Notes: generated by a model from the letters alone, not told the origin. DNA of 64,000 bases from an uncultured bacterium (GCA_965368975.1 CBDUPA010000016.1:1-64000); one strand, 5' to 3'; positions 1 through 10,040 are shown, counted from the first letter of the stretch. A program made the numbers and translations.

Positions 1-1
1 C

Positions 2-97
2 CTGGACAGCGCTCTGGCCAACATCACCGGTGGCGTGGTTACCCCGAAGACCTTCTCGGTCACCACCGGCCCGAACGATGTCCTTCTCGGCCCGTGA
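2..97 (+). CDS. 3' end of a short double-glycine leader peptide gene (RiPP precursor-like), truncated by the window edge
   Basis: Frame 2 reads LDSALANITGG|VVTPKTFSVTTGPNDVLLGP-stop. The L-x-x-I-x-GG end resembles the two downstream peptides, and a terminator follows. Confidence 0.6.
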   Translation: MDSALANITGGVVTPKTFSVTTGPNDVLLGP

Positions 98-126
98 TCT
101 GACACTCCGAGCGCTTTAGCGCTGTG

Positions 127-170
127 AGAAACGCCCGGTCGCCGCAAGGTAGCCGGGCGTTTTTCTATTT
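127..170 (+). terminator. Rho-independent terminator
   Basis: AGAAACGCCCGGTCGCC-GCAA-GGTAGCCGGGCGTTTTTCT stem with a GNRA loop, followed by a T-rich tail. Confidence 0.85.
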
Positions 171-305
171 GGAGCCGTCGCGGGAGCGCCGTTGGGTGCA
201 ACTCGCAGGGCGCTCGACCGTATCAAGGAGCGTGACACGATGACTTCATCCCTTACGATGCGTGTCCTGGGTCCGAGTTTCCACCTTGTTTCGAGGAGTA
301 CCCTG

Positions 306-452
306 ATGAAGAAGACCAAGCGAGAGCAGCAGCGCCTGAACCTGACCCGTGAGACCCTTCGCCAACTGGAGAACGAGCAGCTCGATCAGGCTGCGGGTGG
401 AGTCGAGATCTCGACCAGCATGCCGGCTTACTGCGGCGTTGCCATGGCCTGA
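306..452 (+). CDS. RiPP precursor-like peptide 1 (48 aa; LxLxRx5L leader with double-Gly; core VEISTSMPAYCGVAMA)
   Basis: GAGGAG RBS at 293-298 and ATG at 306. Reads MKKTKREQQRLNLTRETLRQLENEQLDQAAGG|VEISTSMPAYCGVAMA. Clear paralogue of the next ORF. Confidence 0.8.
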   Translation: MKKTKREQQRLNLTRETLRQLENEQLDQAAGGVEISTSMPAYCGVAMA

Positions 453-483
453 CGGTTCACTTTCTGACCCGAGGAGATCACCC

Positions 484-615
484 ATGAAGATCAGAACCGA
501 GCAGAAGCGTCTCCAGCTGACCCGCGAAACCCTGCAGCAGCTGGAGCAAAGCCAGTTGGAGCAGGCGGCGGGCGGCGTCGAGATTTCGGGCAGCTACCCC
601 TTCTGCGCCAAGTAA
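484..615 (+). CDS. RiPP precursor-like peptide 2 (43 aa; core VEISGSYPFCAK)
   Basis: GAGGAG RBS at 471-476 and ATG at 484. Reads MKIRTEQKRLQLTRETLQQLEQSQLEQAAGG|VEISGSYPFCAK. Confidence 0.8.
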   Translation: MKIRTEQKRLQLTRETLQQLEQSQLEQAAGGVEISGSYPFCAK

Positions 616-616
616 C

Positions 617-702
617 CAGCGGCAAGGAGTCGGGGCTGGTTCCCGACCTTGCCACTGCCCCGCGATGATGGACGCCCGGTGCCGGTCTCGTCACCGGGCG
701 TT
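617..702 (+). terminator. Two GC-rich hairpins after the peptide genes (3' stabiliser or terminator-like)
   Basis: CAGCGGCAAGG...CCTTGCCACTG (617-657) and GACGCCCGGTG...CACCGGGCGTT (671-702). There is no strong U-tract. Confidence 0.45.
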
Positions 703-769
703 GCTGTGTCCACGACACCTGAGCAGTGGTGGAAGGCCGCATCTACGGCACGGGCCGGCAACCGGCTCG

Positions 770-778
770 TGGTATGCT
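770..778 (+). promoter_or_regulatory. Possible extended -10 promoter for the symporter
   Basis: TGgTATGCT about 50 nt upstream of the GTG start. Confidence 0.35.
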
Positions 779-825
779 CCGCCGGATTTGTGACGCCCAT
801 TCGACGACTTCCGGAGGAGACGCCC

Positions 826-2529
826 GTGAATGCCCTCGAGCGCCTAGCGCAGAGCCTGTCTGAAACTATCACCACGTACCTGCAGCCAGTTGCAGACTTC
901 ATGAGCTACTGGGTCTGGGCCTGGGGGCCTTTCGAAGTGCCTCTGCTGGTCATTGTGCTGCTGGGAACGGGGCTGTACATCACCATCCGGCTGGCCTTGG
1001 TGCAGGTGCGCGGCTTCAAGCACGCCATCGACATTACGCGCGGCAAGTACGACCGGCCGGAGGACGAGGGCGACCTCAAGCACTTCCAGGCGCTGACCAC
1101 CGCGCTGTCGGCGACCGTCGGTATCGGCAACATCGCCGGCGTTGCGATCGCGATTCGCCTGGGTGGCCCGGGTGCGCTGTTCTGGATGTGGCTGGTGGCC
1201 TTCTTTGGCATGGCGCTCAAGTTCGCCGAGTGCACGCTGGCGGTGAAGTACCGCAAGGTGCACGAAGACGGCTCGGTGTCCGGCGGTCCGATGTACTACA
1301 TCGAGAAGGGCCTGGGGCGCGCCTGGAAGCCGATGGCGCTGTTCTTCGCCCTGTGCTGCATCGTCAGCTCGCTGGGTGCCGGCAACATGAATCAATCGAA
1401 TACCATGGCCGGTCAAGTGCAGCAGAGCCTGGGCATCGAGCCGGTATGGACGGCGCTGGTGTTCGCGGTGCTGGTGGCGACGGTCATTCTGGGCGGCATC
1501 AAGCGGATCGGCAAGGTGACCTCGATCCTGGCTCCGGCAATGGCGCTGATGTACGTCGTCGGTGCGTTGATCATCCTGCTGCTCAACGTGCAAGACATCC
1601 CCGCTGGCCTGTCGCTGATCGTCAGCCAGGCTTTCGCGCCGGAACCGCTGGTCGGCGGTGGCACCGCGTCCTTCATGGTGACCCTGATGTGGGGTGTGCG
1701 TCGCGGTCTCTTCTCCAACGAAGCAGGGCAAGGCTCGGCACCGATCGCCCACGCGGCAGCCAAGACCGACGAACCCGTGCGCGAAGGGCTGGTGGCGTCG
1801 CTCGAACCGTTCATCGACACGCTGGTGATCTGCACCATGACCGGTCTGGTGATCGTCCTCAGCGGTGCCTACAAGGACAAGGTGGAGCAGCCGCTCAACC
1901 TGGGTGAGGTGGAAGCCGTCTTGATGGCCGAAGCTTCTGACGACCGCCTGCTCGACCTGCGGCAAGCACGGGCAGAAACCTCGAACACCGAGGTGCGGGT
2001 AGTCGACGGCCAACTGCGCGGCGCCACCCTCTTCTACCAACAGTCGACCATCGAGGATGTTCTGCTGACCGCTGGTGGCGAACCCTGGAGCGGCGCCCTG
2101 AACATCGACAGCGGAGGTAGCGTCGAGGTGCTCGGAGACGGTTCGCCGGACCTCACGGGCCGGGCTCTGCTGCACGGTGCACCGCTGACCTCACACGGTT
2201 TCGTCAAGGGCCTGGGTGGTACCGGCGAGTGGATCGTCACGCTAGCCGTGGTCCTGTTCGCCGTCTCGACGGCCATCTCGTGGTCCTACTACGGAGACCG
2301 CGCCACGGAGTACGTGTTCGGCGAGAAGGCCATCCAGATCTACCGCTTGCTGTTCGTCGTCTTCTTCTTCCTGGGGGCCATCCTGCCACTGCAGGCAGTG
2401 TGGGACTTTGGTGACGTCGCGTTGGGGTTGATGTCCTTCCCCAACCTGATCGCACTGCTGCTACTTTCGGGCGGCCTGGCGAAGATGACGAAGGACTACT
2501 TCGCCAAGGACCACAAGCCGTTCAAGTAG
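826..2529 (+). CDS. Sodium:alanine/glycine symporter family (AgcS/AlsT) protein
   Basis: Motifs ALSATVGIGNIAGVA, GGPGALFWMW, SGGPMYY, RGLFSNEAGQGSAPIAHA and FIDTLVICTMT. GGAGGA RBS before GTG 826. Confidence 0.93.
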   Translation: MNALERLAQSLSETITTYLQPVADFMSYWVWAWGPFEVPLLVIVLLGTGLYITIRLALVQVRGFKHAIDITRGKYDRPEDEGDLKHFQALTTALSATVGIGNIAGVAIAIRLGGPGALFWMWLVAFFGMALKFAECTLAVKYRKVHEDGSVSGGPMYYIEKGLGRAWKPMALFFALCCIVSSLGAGNMNQSNTMAGQVQQSLGIEPVWTALVFAVLVATVILGGIKRIGKVTSILAPAMALMYVVGALIILLLNVQDIPAGLSLIVSQAFAPEPLVGGGTASFMVTLMWGVRRGLFSNEAGQGSAPIAHAAAKTDEPVREGLVASLEPFIDTLVICTMTGLVIVLSGAYKDKVEQPLNLGEVEAVLMAEASDDRLLDLRQARAETSNTEVRVVDGQLRGATLFYQQSTIEDVLLTAGGEPWSGALNIDSGGSVEVLGDGSPDLTGRALLHGAPLTSHGFVKGLGGTGEWIVTLAVVLFAVSTAISWSYYGDRATEYVFGEKAIQIYRLLFVVFFFLGAILPLQAVWDFGDVALGLMSFPNLIALLLLSGGLAKMTKDYFAKDHKPFK

Positions 2530-2545
2530 GGGGTCCGAGATCCGG

Positions 2546-2573
2546 GTAGGGGCACCCCCCGTGGGTGCCCCCC
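2546..2573 (+). repeat. GTAG-type REP palindrome between convergent genes
   Basis: GTAG followed by the palindrome GGGCACCC-CCCGT-GGGTGCCC. Same family as the copies at 22671, 30021, 54034 and 62654/62773. Confidence 0.75.
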
Positions 2574-2585
2574 GGACGTTGCGGT

Positions 2586-3296
2586 CTACCCCAGCAACTG
2601 CGCCCGGACCGCAGCCAAGGTCTCGGCCAGTCCTGGCGGACAGACCTCCGCGCGCAAGTCGGCGCCGCCCGTGGTATCCAGCGTTTCCCGCAGGTGCTGC
2701 GCCGCCAGCTCGTCGGCCGTGCGGCTGTGCGTCGCTACGATCGGTCCGCTGACCAGGAGGCGACTGTCCGGCAAGGCCTGCCGCAGCACACACAGTTGCT
2801 CACCAGCGGCGTCCATCTGTTCTCGATGACTGAGGCTGAGCAAGATCGCCTTTGGCTGCGCGAAGCGTGCGAAGTCGAGCACTTCGTCGGCCGGCGTGGA
2901 GGCGTGCAGCAAGTCGCTGTAGAAGCCCTCGTTCTCCAGCAGATGGCCGAGGATCTCGGGGCCCAGCTGATGGCGGTTCCCGGGAGCGCACAGCAGCAGG
3001 ACGCGCCGCTTCTCGTCCAGGCCGTGGACCACCGGGGGGCACAGGTAGCGAACGACCCGCCGGCACACCGCGCGCGCCATCTGTTCTTGGCCGCTACGCA
3101 TGTCTCCGGCCTCCCAGCGCTGGCTGATCGTGCGCAGCACGGGAGCCACGACGGAGTCGAGCACCTCGAGAATGTCGAGCCCGCCGGTGCGCAGATTGTC
3201 CACAGCTTCCACGCACAGGTGGACGCTACCTAGCAGGGCTCCGTTGGAGAACTGCTCGTGCGCTTCGCGCACACGCTCTTCAGTCAGGCTCATCAT
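2586..3296 (-). CDS. Cobalamin (B12)-binding domain protein, CarH/AerR-like, no DNA-binding domain seen
   Basis: Helical bundle ...PVLRTISQRWEAGDMRSGQEQMA, then Rossmann-like LLLCAPGNRHQLGPEILGHLLENEGF...ILLSLS...LLVSG. Start uncertain; the ORF is open to 3518. Confidence 0.72.
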   Translation of the reverse strand: MMSLTEERVREAHEQFSNGALLGSVHLCVEAVDNLRTGGLDILEVLDSVVAPVLRTISQRWEAGDMRSGQEQMARAVCRRVVRYLCPPVVHGLDEKRRVLLLCAPGNRHQLGPEILGHLLENEGFYSDLLHASTPADEVLDFARFAQPKAILLSLSHREQMDAAGEQLCVLRQALPDSRLLVSGPIVATHSRTADELAAQHLRETLDTTGGADLRAEVCPPGLAETLAAVRAQLLG

Positions 3297-3793
3297 TCTT
3301 TGACTCGAGTTTCGAAGGTTCTCGACCTCACGCATCCGAGACGGGCGGTCCCGGAAGAGTGAGAGGAAGGCCTCAAGCCTAGCATGTTGGCGTACCGCCT
3401 CCTGCAAGCCACCCTGCCTCTTGGGAGGGCCGGCGAGCTGGAGAACCTGGCTGGACCCAACTCGATGCGCACGGTCCTGCCAAGAGCGTGACTTCGTGCT
3501 CCACGCTCTCTGCATCATCTCGGCGCAGCGTGTTGCAATCCCAAGAGGCCCGTGCTAAGTTCCGGCTCTCACGGCTGTGGCACCCACACCGTTCGCGGGC
3601 GCTGGCCACAAGCTATCTGCGAACGGAACGAGAGTCCCCGGGAACCCGGAAAGAAATCCGAACTCTGCCTCTGAACAGCGGCAGTCCTCGGTGTTCCGGA
3701 CCCCAACCCGGTATCCTGGGCTCCGAAACAGCCAGCCGTCGGCCTCGACGCCCGGCGGAAAAATGAAGTCCCGAAGTTGAGTGCGCTGAGTGC

Positions 3794-3822
3794 TTGACGG
3801 GGCCGAGTCGATTTGCTAGATT
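3794..3822 (+). promoter_or_regulatory. Sigma70-type promoter of the str/S10 superoperon
   Basis: TTGACG (3794-3799), 17 bp spacer, TAGATT (3817-3822), with a TG extension. Confidence 0.7.
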
Positions 3823-3829
3823 CCGCCTT

Positions 3830-4019
3830 CCCGAGTGGGCAAGTCCTGAGCTTGTCTGCGTTGAGGGCGACACCACAACCGAGCGAACAACGCGGTGCTG
3901 AACCGGCTAGTCCGGTTCTGAGCGTGACGGCCTGCTGCCGGGTGCCCCAGTTGGGGCAACGAATCCGGCGGATTCGCCAGCTGGCGGCAGGTCACCATAT
4001 TTACTGTCTGAGGAAACAC
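3830..4019 (+). promoter_or_regulatory. Long structured rpsL 5' leader (candidate cis-regulatory RNA)
   Basis: Hairpin GAACCGG/CCGGTTC (3900-3918). Closing stem 3924-3941/3981-3995 encloses two hairpins, TGCCCC/GGGGCA and CGAATCC/GGATTCG. Confidence 0.5.
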
Positions 4020-4391
<372 letters not shown>

Positions 4392-4407
4392 GAGGTCGAG
4401 ATAAGTC

Positions 4408-4878
4408 ATGCCAAGGCGTAGAGAAGTCCCGAAGCGCGAGATCCTGCCGGATCCGCTCTACAACTCCCAGTTGCTGGCGAAGTTCGTCAATGTGCTGATG
4501 AGCGACGGCAAGAAGAGTACCGCTCAGCGCATTCTGTACGATGCCCTCGAGACCATTCAGGAGCGGACCAGTGATGATCCGATGAAGGTCTTCAAGCGGG
4601 CGGTCGAGAACGTCAAGCCCGCGGTTGAGGTCAAGTCGCGCCGCGTGGGTGGTTCGACCTATCAGGTTCCTGTCGAGGTGCGGCCGGTGCGTCGTCTTGC
4701 TCTGTCCATGCGCTGGCTGATCAACGCCGCTGCCGGTCGTGGTGAGAAGACCATGAAGTTGCGACTCGCCAATGAGTTGATGGATGCTGCCGAGAGCCGC
4801 GGTGTCGCCATTAAGAAGAAGGACGATACCCATCGCATGGCGGATGCCAACAAGGCGTTCTCGCACTATCGCTGGTAG
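4408..4878 (+). CDS. rpsG: 30S ribosomal protein S7
   Basis: [16 protein letters not shown]...[16 protein letters not shown]...[10 protein letters not shown]. Confidence 0.99.
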   Translation: MPRRREVPKREILPDPLYNSQLLAKFVNVLMSDGKKSTAQRILYDALETIQERTSDDPMKVFKRAVENVKPAVEVKSRRVGGSTYQVPVEVRPVRRLALSMRWLINAAAGRGEKTMKLRLANELMDAAESRGVAIKKKDDTHRMADANKAFSHYRW

Positions 4879-5082
4879 GTCCTGCCGCTGATCGATTCGG
4901 CTCCCCTGCGGCTGCTGTTGGACTGGTGAGTGCCGGTTCGGAGTTGTCCGCTGACTAGCAAGCACGAAAACAAAATCCACGAGCGCGGGCCTAGTCGGCA
5001 AGGCTAGGGTCCAGCGCATCTGCATGATAAGCGCGCTTCGATCTTCGAGGAAGGCGCGCTCAACCAAAACGAGTAAGTCGAC

Positions 5083-7158
5083 ATGGCACGCAAAGTTGCT
5101 CTCAAAGACACGCGCAACATCGGCATCATGGCCCACATTGATGCCGGCAAGACCACTACGACCGAGCGCATCCTCTTCTACACCGGCATCAACTACAAGA
5201 TTGGTGAGGTGCACGAGGGCACGGCGACGATGGACTGGATGGTTCAGGAGCAGGAGCGCGGTATCACCATTACCGCTGCGGCAACGCAGTGTTCCTGGGA
5301 CGACCACCGTGTCAACATCATTGATACGCCGGGGCATGTGGACTTCACTGCCGAGGTGGAGCGCTCCTTGCGCGTGCTCGATGGTGCGGTGGCGGTGTTC
5401 GATGCCGTTGCCGGTGTCGAGCCGCAGTCCGAGACGGTCTGGCGTCAAGCCGATCGCTACGGTGTGCCGCGTATCGCCTTCGTCAACAAGCTCGATCGCG
5501 TGGGCGCCGACTTCGATCGCTGTGTCGCCATGATGCGCTCGCGGCTGAACGCGTCCCCGGTGCCGGTGCAGTTGCCCTGGGGGAGTGAGGCGGATCTGAA
5601 GGGTGTCATCGATCTGATCGAGATGCGGGGCATCTACTATCAAGATGAGGCTCTGGGTGCGCAGTACGAGGTGGTCGATATTCCGGATGAGCTGAAGGAT
5701 GCCGCCATGGAGGCGCGCGAGCAGATGGTCGAGGCGGTCGCCGAGACCGACGACGAGCTGCTCGAGAAGTACCTGGGTGGTGAAGAGGTGACCAATGACG
5801 AGCTGCGCGCGGCGCTGCGTCAGGCCACCATCTCCAGTCAGCTGCAGCCGGTTCTGTGCGGTAGCGCCTTTAAGAACAAGGGCGTGCAGCCACTGCTCGA
5901 CGCCATCGTCGCCTTCCTGCCGAGTCCGCTGGATCTGCCGCCTGTGCAGGGTCTGTTGCCGGACAGCGATGAGCCGGCCGAGCGTCCGTCCGCCGACGAG
6001 GCTCCGTTCTCGGCGCTCGTGTTCAAGATTCTCACGGATCCCTTCGTCGGTCAGCTGGCCTACTTCCGGGTTTACTCGGGCTTCATCGAGGCTGGCTCGC
6101 ACGTGCTCAATGCCACCAAGGGTAAGAAAGAGCGGATCGGTCGTCTGCTCAAGATGCATGCTAACAAGCGCGAGGAGATCAAGGAAGTTCGCGCTGGCGA
6201 CATCGCCGCCGCGGTCGGCCTCAAGGGTGTTGGCACGGGCGATACGATTTGTGTCCAGGATAGCCCGATCATTCTCGAGTCGATGACCTTCCCGGAGCCG
6301 GTGATCTCGGTGGCGATCGAGCCCAAGACCAAGGCCGATCAGGAGAAGCTCGGTGTCGCCCTGTCGAAGCTGATGCAGGAGGACCCGACGTTCCGCGTGC
6401 ATACCGATCCGGAGACGATGCAGACGTTGATCTCCGGTATGGGTGAGCTCCACCTCGAGATCATCACCGATCGTCTGCTGCGCGAGTTCAGCGTCGGGGC
6501 CAACATCGGTCAGCCGCAGGTTGCCTACCGCGAGAGCATCACCAAGGAAGCCGATGGCGAGGGGCGTTTCGTGCGCCAGAGTGGTGGCCGTGGTCAGTAT
6601 GGCCATTGCAAGATTCACATGCGCCCGACCGACAAGGGCGACTTTGTGTTCAACAACAAGATCGTCGGCGGTACCATTCCGAAGGAATACATCAAGCCGA
6701 TCGAGCAGGGTATGCGCGAGGCGATCGAGACCGGTCCCCTGGCGGGCTACCCGCTGCAAGGTCTTGAAGTCGATGTCTACGACGGTAGCTTCCACGATGT
6801 GGACTCCTCGGAGGGCGCTTTCAAGATCGCTGGCTCGATGGCCCTCAAGGATGCCGCCAAGCGTGCCGGCCTTGCGCTGATGGAGCCGGTCATGGAGGTT
6901 GAGGTGGTGACGCCCGAGGAGTATATGGGCGACGTCATCGGTGACATCAACTCCCGCCGCGGCAAGGTGCAGCACATGGAGGCGCGCGGTGACGCGCAGG
7001 TCATTCGCTGCCGCGTGCCGCTGTCCGAGATGTTCGGCTACGCCACCCAGTTGCGTTCCATGACGCAGGGTCGCGCCAGCTACAGCATGCAGTTCGCCGC
7101 TTACGAGCAGGCGCCCAAGAACGTATCCGAAGAGATCGTTGCCAAGGCCGCCGGCTGA
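5083..7158 (+). CDS. fusA: Elongation factor G
   Basis: [51 protein letters not shown]. Confidence 0.99.
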   Translation: MARKVALKDTRNIGIMAHIDAGKTTTTERILFYTGINYKIGEVHEGTATMDWMVQEQERGITITAAATQCSWDDHRVNIIDTPGHVDFTAEVERSLRVLDGAVAVFDAVAGVEPQSETVWRQADRYGVPRIAFVNKLDRVGADFDRCVAMMRSRLNASPVPVQLPWGSEADLKGVIDLIEMRGIYYQDEALGAQYEVVDIPDELKDAAMEAREQMVEAVAETDDELLEKYLGGEEVTNDELRAALRQATISSQLQPVLCGSAFKNKGVQPLLDAIVAFLPSPLDLPPVQGLLPDSDEPAERPSADEAPFSALVFKILTDPFVGQLAYFRVYSGFIEAGSHVLNATKGKKERIGRLLKMHANKREEIKEVRAGDIAAAVGLKGVGTGDTICVQDSPIILESMTFPEPVISVAIEPKTKADQEKLGVALSKLMQEDPTFRVHTDPETMQTLISGMGELHLEIITDRLLREFSVGANIGQPQVAYRESITKEADGEGRFVRQSGGRGQYGHCKIHMRPTDKGDFVFNNKIVGGTIPKEYIKPIEQGMREAIETGPLAGYPLQGLEVDVYDGSFHDVDSSEGAFKIAGSMALKDAAKRAGLALMEPVMEVEVVTPEEYMGDVIGDINSRRGKVQHMEARGDAQVIRCRVPLSEMFGYATQLRSMTQGRASYSMQFAAYEQAPKNVSEEIVAKAAG

Positions 7159-7190
7159 CGCCGCGGTACTGAGTCGCGAGGGACTAGCAC

Positions 7191-7505
<315 letters not shown>

Positions 7506-7537
7506 AGCTAACTGTTGAGGCGTAGGAGATAAGGGCA

Positions 7538-8173
7538 ATGGAAGGGATCCTAGGCAAAAAGGTCGGTATGACCCAGATCTTCGGTGAGCACGGTGAAATC
7601 GTGCCGGTCACCGTCGTGCAGGCCGGGCCGTGCCGTGTGGTGCAGCGCAAGAGCGCCGACGGCCGTGATCGGTACGAAGCCGTGCAACTAGGCCTGGTCG
7701 AGCCGGAGGGTTCGGAGCCGAAGGTCAACAAGCCGAAGCAGGGTCACTTCGACAAGGCGGGTGTGAAGCCGATGCGCTTCCTCGTCGAGTTCGAGGTCGA
7801 TGCCAGCAGCGAGCTGGAGGCCGGCTCCGAGGTTCTGCTGACCATGTTCAATGAAGGTGACTTCGTCGATGTGGTCGGTACCAGCAAGGGCAAGGGTTTT
7901 CAGGGTGTGATCAAGCGACACGGCTTCAGCGGTGGTCGCGCGACCCATGGCTCTATGTTTCATCGCGCTCCCGGTTCGATCGGCAACTCGGCCTATCCGG
8001 CGCGTGTGATCAAAGGCAAGCGGCTGCCTGGGCAGACGGGTGCCAAGCGGATCACCACCAAGAACCTGAAGGTGATCAAGGTGGACGAAGAGAACAGCCT
8101 TCTGTACATCCGTGGTTCAGTTCCGGGCGCCAAGGGCGGCTATGTGGCCGTGCAGCGCGCGAAGAAGGGCTGA
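7538..8173 (+). CDS. rplC: 50S ribosomal protein L3
   Basis: [10 protein letters not shown]...[15 protein letters not shown]...[13 protein letters not shown]. Confidence 0.99.
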   Translation: MEGILGKKVGMTQIFGEHGEIVPVTVVQAGPCRVVQRKSADGRDRYEAVQLGLVEPEGSEPKVNKPKQGHFDKAGVKPMRFLVEFEVDASSELEAGSEVLLTMFNEGDFVDVVGTSKGKGFQGVIKRHGFSGGRATHGSMFHRAPGSIGNSAYPARVIKGKRLPGQTGAKRITTKNLKVIKVDEENSLLYIRGSVPGAKGGYVAVQRAKKG

Positions 8174-8219
8174 TGAGGCTCGTGAGCACGACGAGGCTGT
8201 ATAGCAAAAGGGATCGGCG

Positions 8220-8843
8220 ATGAAAGTATCTGTCAAGAGCCTGGTCAACCAGGACGTCAAGGAAGTCGAAGTACCGGAGACGGTGTTCGGCTACAAGTAC
8301 AGCGAGCACCTGATCCACTTGGCGGTGCAGGCGTACCTGGCCTCGCAGCGCCGGGGAACCCACAAGACCAAGGGGCGCGGTGAAGTTTCGGGCTCGGGAC
8401 GCAAGCTGTGGCGCCAGAAGGGTACAGGCCGCGCGCGTGTCGGTGACATCCGGACGCCGCTGTGGCGCAGTGGTGGTACCGTTCACGGCCCGCAGCCGCG
8501 TAGCTACACCCAGAAGCTCACCGCCGCCGAGAAGCGCAATGCGCTCAAGTCCGCGCTATCGCGGAAGCTCGCCGAAGAGCAGATTCTGGTGGTCGAGAAC
8601 TTCGATCTGGGGAGCCACAAGACCGGCGAGCTAGTCAAGGTGCTCGACGGCCTTGGTGTCGACTCCAAGGCGTTGTTGATCGACAGCCGCGACAACACCA
8701 ACCTGGAGCGTGCAGCGCGCAACAACCCGACCGTCAAGGCCGTGGATGCGCTGTCGGTCAACGTCTACGACGTCGTCGATCGCTCCCACCTGGTGCTCAG
8801 TGAACGGGCTCTCAACAAGCTCGTGGAGGTGCTGGACCGATGA
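8220..8843 (+). CDS. rplD: 50S ribosomal protein L4
   Basis: RRGTHKTKGRGEVSGSGRKLWRQKGTGRAR...GGTVHGP. Confidence 0.99.
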   Translation: MKVSVKSLVNQDVKEVEVPETVFGYKYSEHLIHLAVQAYLASQRRGTHKTKGRGEVSGSGRKLWRQKGTGRARVGDIRTPLWRSGGTVHGPQPRSYTQKLTAAEKRNALKSALSRKLAEEQILVVENFDLGSHKTGELVKVLDGLGVDSKALLIDSRDNTNLERAARNNPTVKAVDALSVNVYDVVDRSHLVLSERALNKLVEVLDR

Positions 8844-9127
8844 GAGAACAAGAGATCCTGCGCCGTCCGCTGGTGACCGAGAAGGTTGCGCTGGCCGGTG
8901 AAGAAGCCAACGTCGTGGTCTTTGAGGTTGCTCGCGCCGCCAACAAGATTCAGGTGAAGCAGGCCGTCGAGTCGCGCTTCAAGCGCAAGGTGGCCGAGGT
9001 TCGTGTGGCCAACATGCACGGCAAGGTGCGCCGCCAGGGGCGCTATGTCGGCCGTCGCCCGGACTGGAAGAAGGCCTACGTTCGCTTGGCCGAAGGTGAG
9101 AAGCCCATCGACTTCTTCGAAGGGTGA
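8840..9127 (+). CDS. rplW: 50S ribosomal protein L23
   Basis: RPLVTEK...ANKIQVKQAVE...WKKAYVRL. Confidence 0.98.
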   Translation: MREQEILRRPLVTEKVALAGEEANVVVFEVARAANKIQVKQAVESRFKRKVAEVRVANMHGKVRRQGRYVGRRPDWKKAYVRLAEGEKPIDFFEG

Positions 9128-9150
9128 GGCAAGCTGGCTGAACCACGAAG

Positions 9151-9191
9151 GATGAGCTGAAGCAAGCCCACTCGAGATGAGCTGAAGCAAG
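9151..9191. repeat. 16-bp direct repeat in the rplW-rplB spacer
   Basis: GATGAGCTGAAGCAAG at 9151-9166 and 9176-9191. Confidence 0.8.
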
Positions 9192-9212
9192 GCAGAGCTA
9201 GGAGCTGGAAGA

Positions 9213-10040
9213 ATGGCGATTCGACAATTAAAACCGACCAATCCCGCAAGCCGATTCCAAACGGTCAAGACCTTCGACGAACTGTCGGGGGCGGCGCCGC
9301 ACAAGCCGCTGACCAAGGGGAAGAAGCGGATCGGCGGCCGCAACAACAAGGGTCAGCAGACCATCTGGTTCCGTGGCGGCGGTCACAAGCGCCGCTACCG
9401 TATGATCGACTTCAAGCGCAACAAGGACGGCGTGCCGGCCAAGGTAGCTTCGGTCGAGTACGACCCGAACCGCTCGGCGCACATCGCATTGCTGCACTAC
9501 GCCGATGGTGAGAAGCGCTACATTCTGTGGCCGAATGGCCTGGAGGTCGGTGCCACAGTGATCGCCGGAGCCGACTCGGCGATCGACTTGGGCAACTGCC
9601 TGCCGCTGCGCAGCATTCCTCTCGGTACCATCATTCACAACATCGAACTGAAGATCGGTAAGGGTGGACAGATGGTGCGCAGCGCCGGGGCCGGCGCTCA
9701 GTTGATGGCCAAGGAAGGTGACTACGCGCAGGTGCGTTTGCCCTCCGGCGAAGTTCGTCGTGTGCACCTGGAGTGCCGTGCGACGATCGGCCAGGTCGGC
9801 AATCTGGAGCATGAGAACGTGTCCCTCGGTAAGGCCGGCCGCAACCGCTGGAAGGGTCGCCGTCCGCACAACCGAGGCGTGGTGATGAACCCGGTGGACC
9901 ATCCCATGGGTGGCGGTGAAGGTCGCTCCTCTGGTGGCCGGCATCCCTGCACGCCGTGGGGCAAGCCGACCAAGGGCTACAAGACGCGCAACAACAAGCG
10001 TACCGACAACATGATCGTGCGCCGACGCAACCGTAAGTAA
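9213..10040 (+). CDS. rplB: 50S ribosomal protein L2
   Basis: [13 protein letters not shown]...[12 protein letters not shown]...[17 protein letters not shown]. Confidence 0.99.
   Translation: MAIRQLKPTNPASRFQTVKTFDELSGAAPHKPLTKGKKRIGGRNNKGQQTIWFRGGGHKRRYRMIDFKRNKDGVPAKVASVEYDPNRSAHIALLHYADGEKRYILWPNGLEVGATVIAGADSAIDLGNCLPLRSIPLGTIIHNIELKIGKGGQMVRSAGAGAQLMAKEGDYAQVRLPSGEVRRVHLECRATIGQVGNLEHENVSLGKAGRNRWKGRRPHNRGVVMNPVDHPMGGGEGRSSGGRHPCTPWGKPTKGYKTRNNKRTDNMIVRRRNRK

Noticed and set aside
192-483. Longer starts for the two peptide ORFs (192 and 349)
   Set aside because: GAGGAG RBSs and mutual homology place the starts at 306 and 484.
616-825. Glycine riboswitch before the AgcS symporter
   Set aside because: No recognisable tandem aptamer motifs. 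The hairpins fit the 3' end of the peptide transcript, and a -10 sits close to the start.
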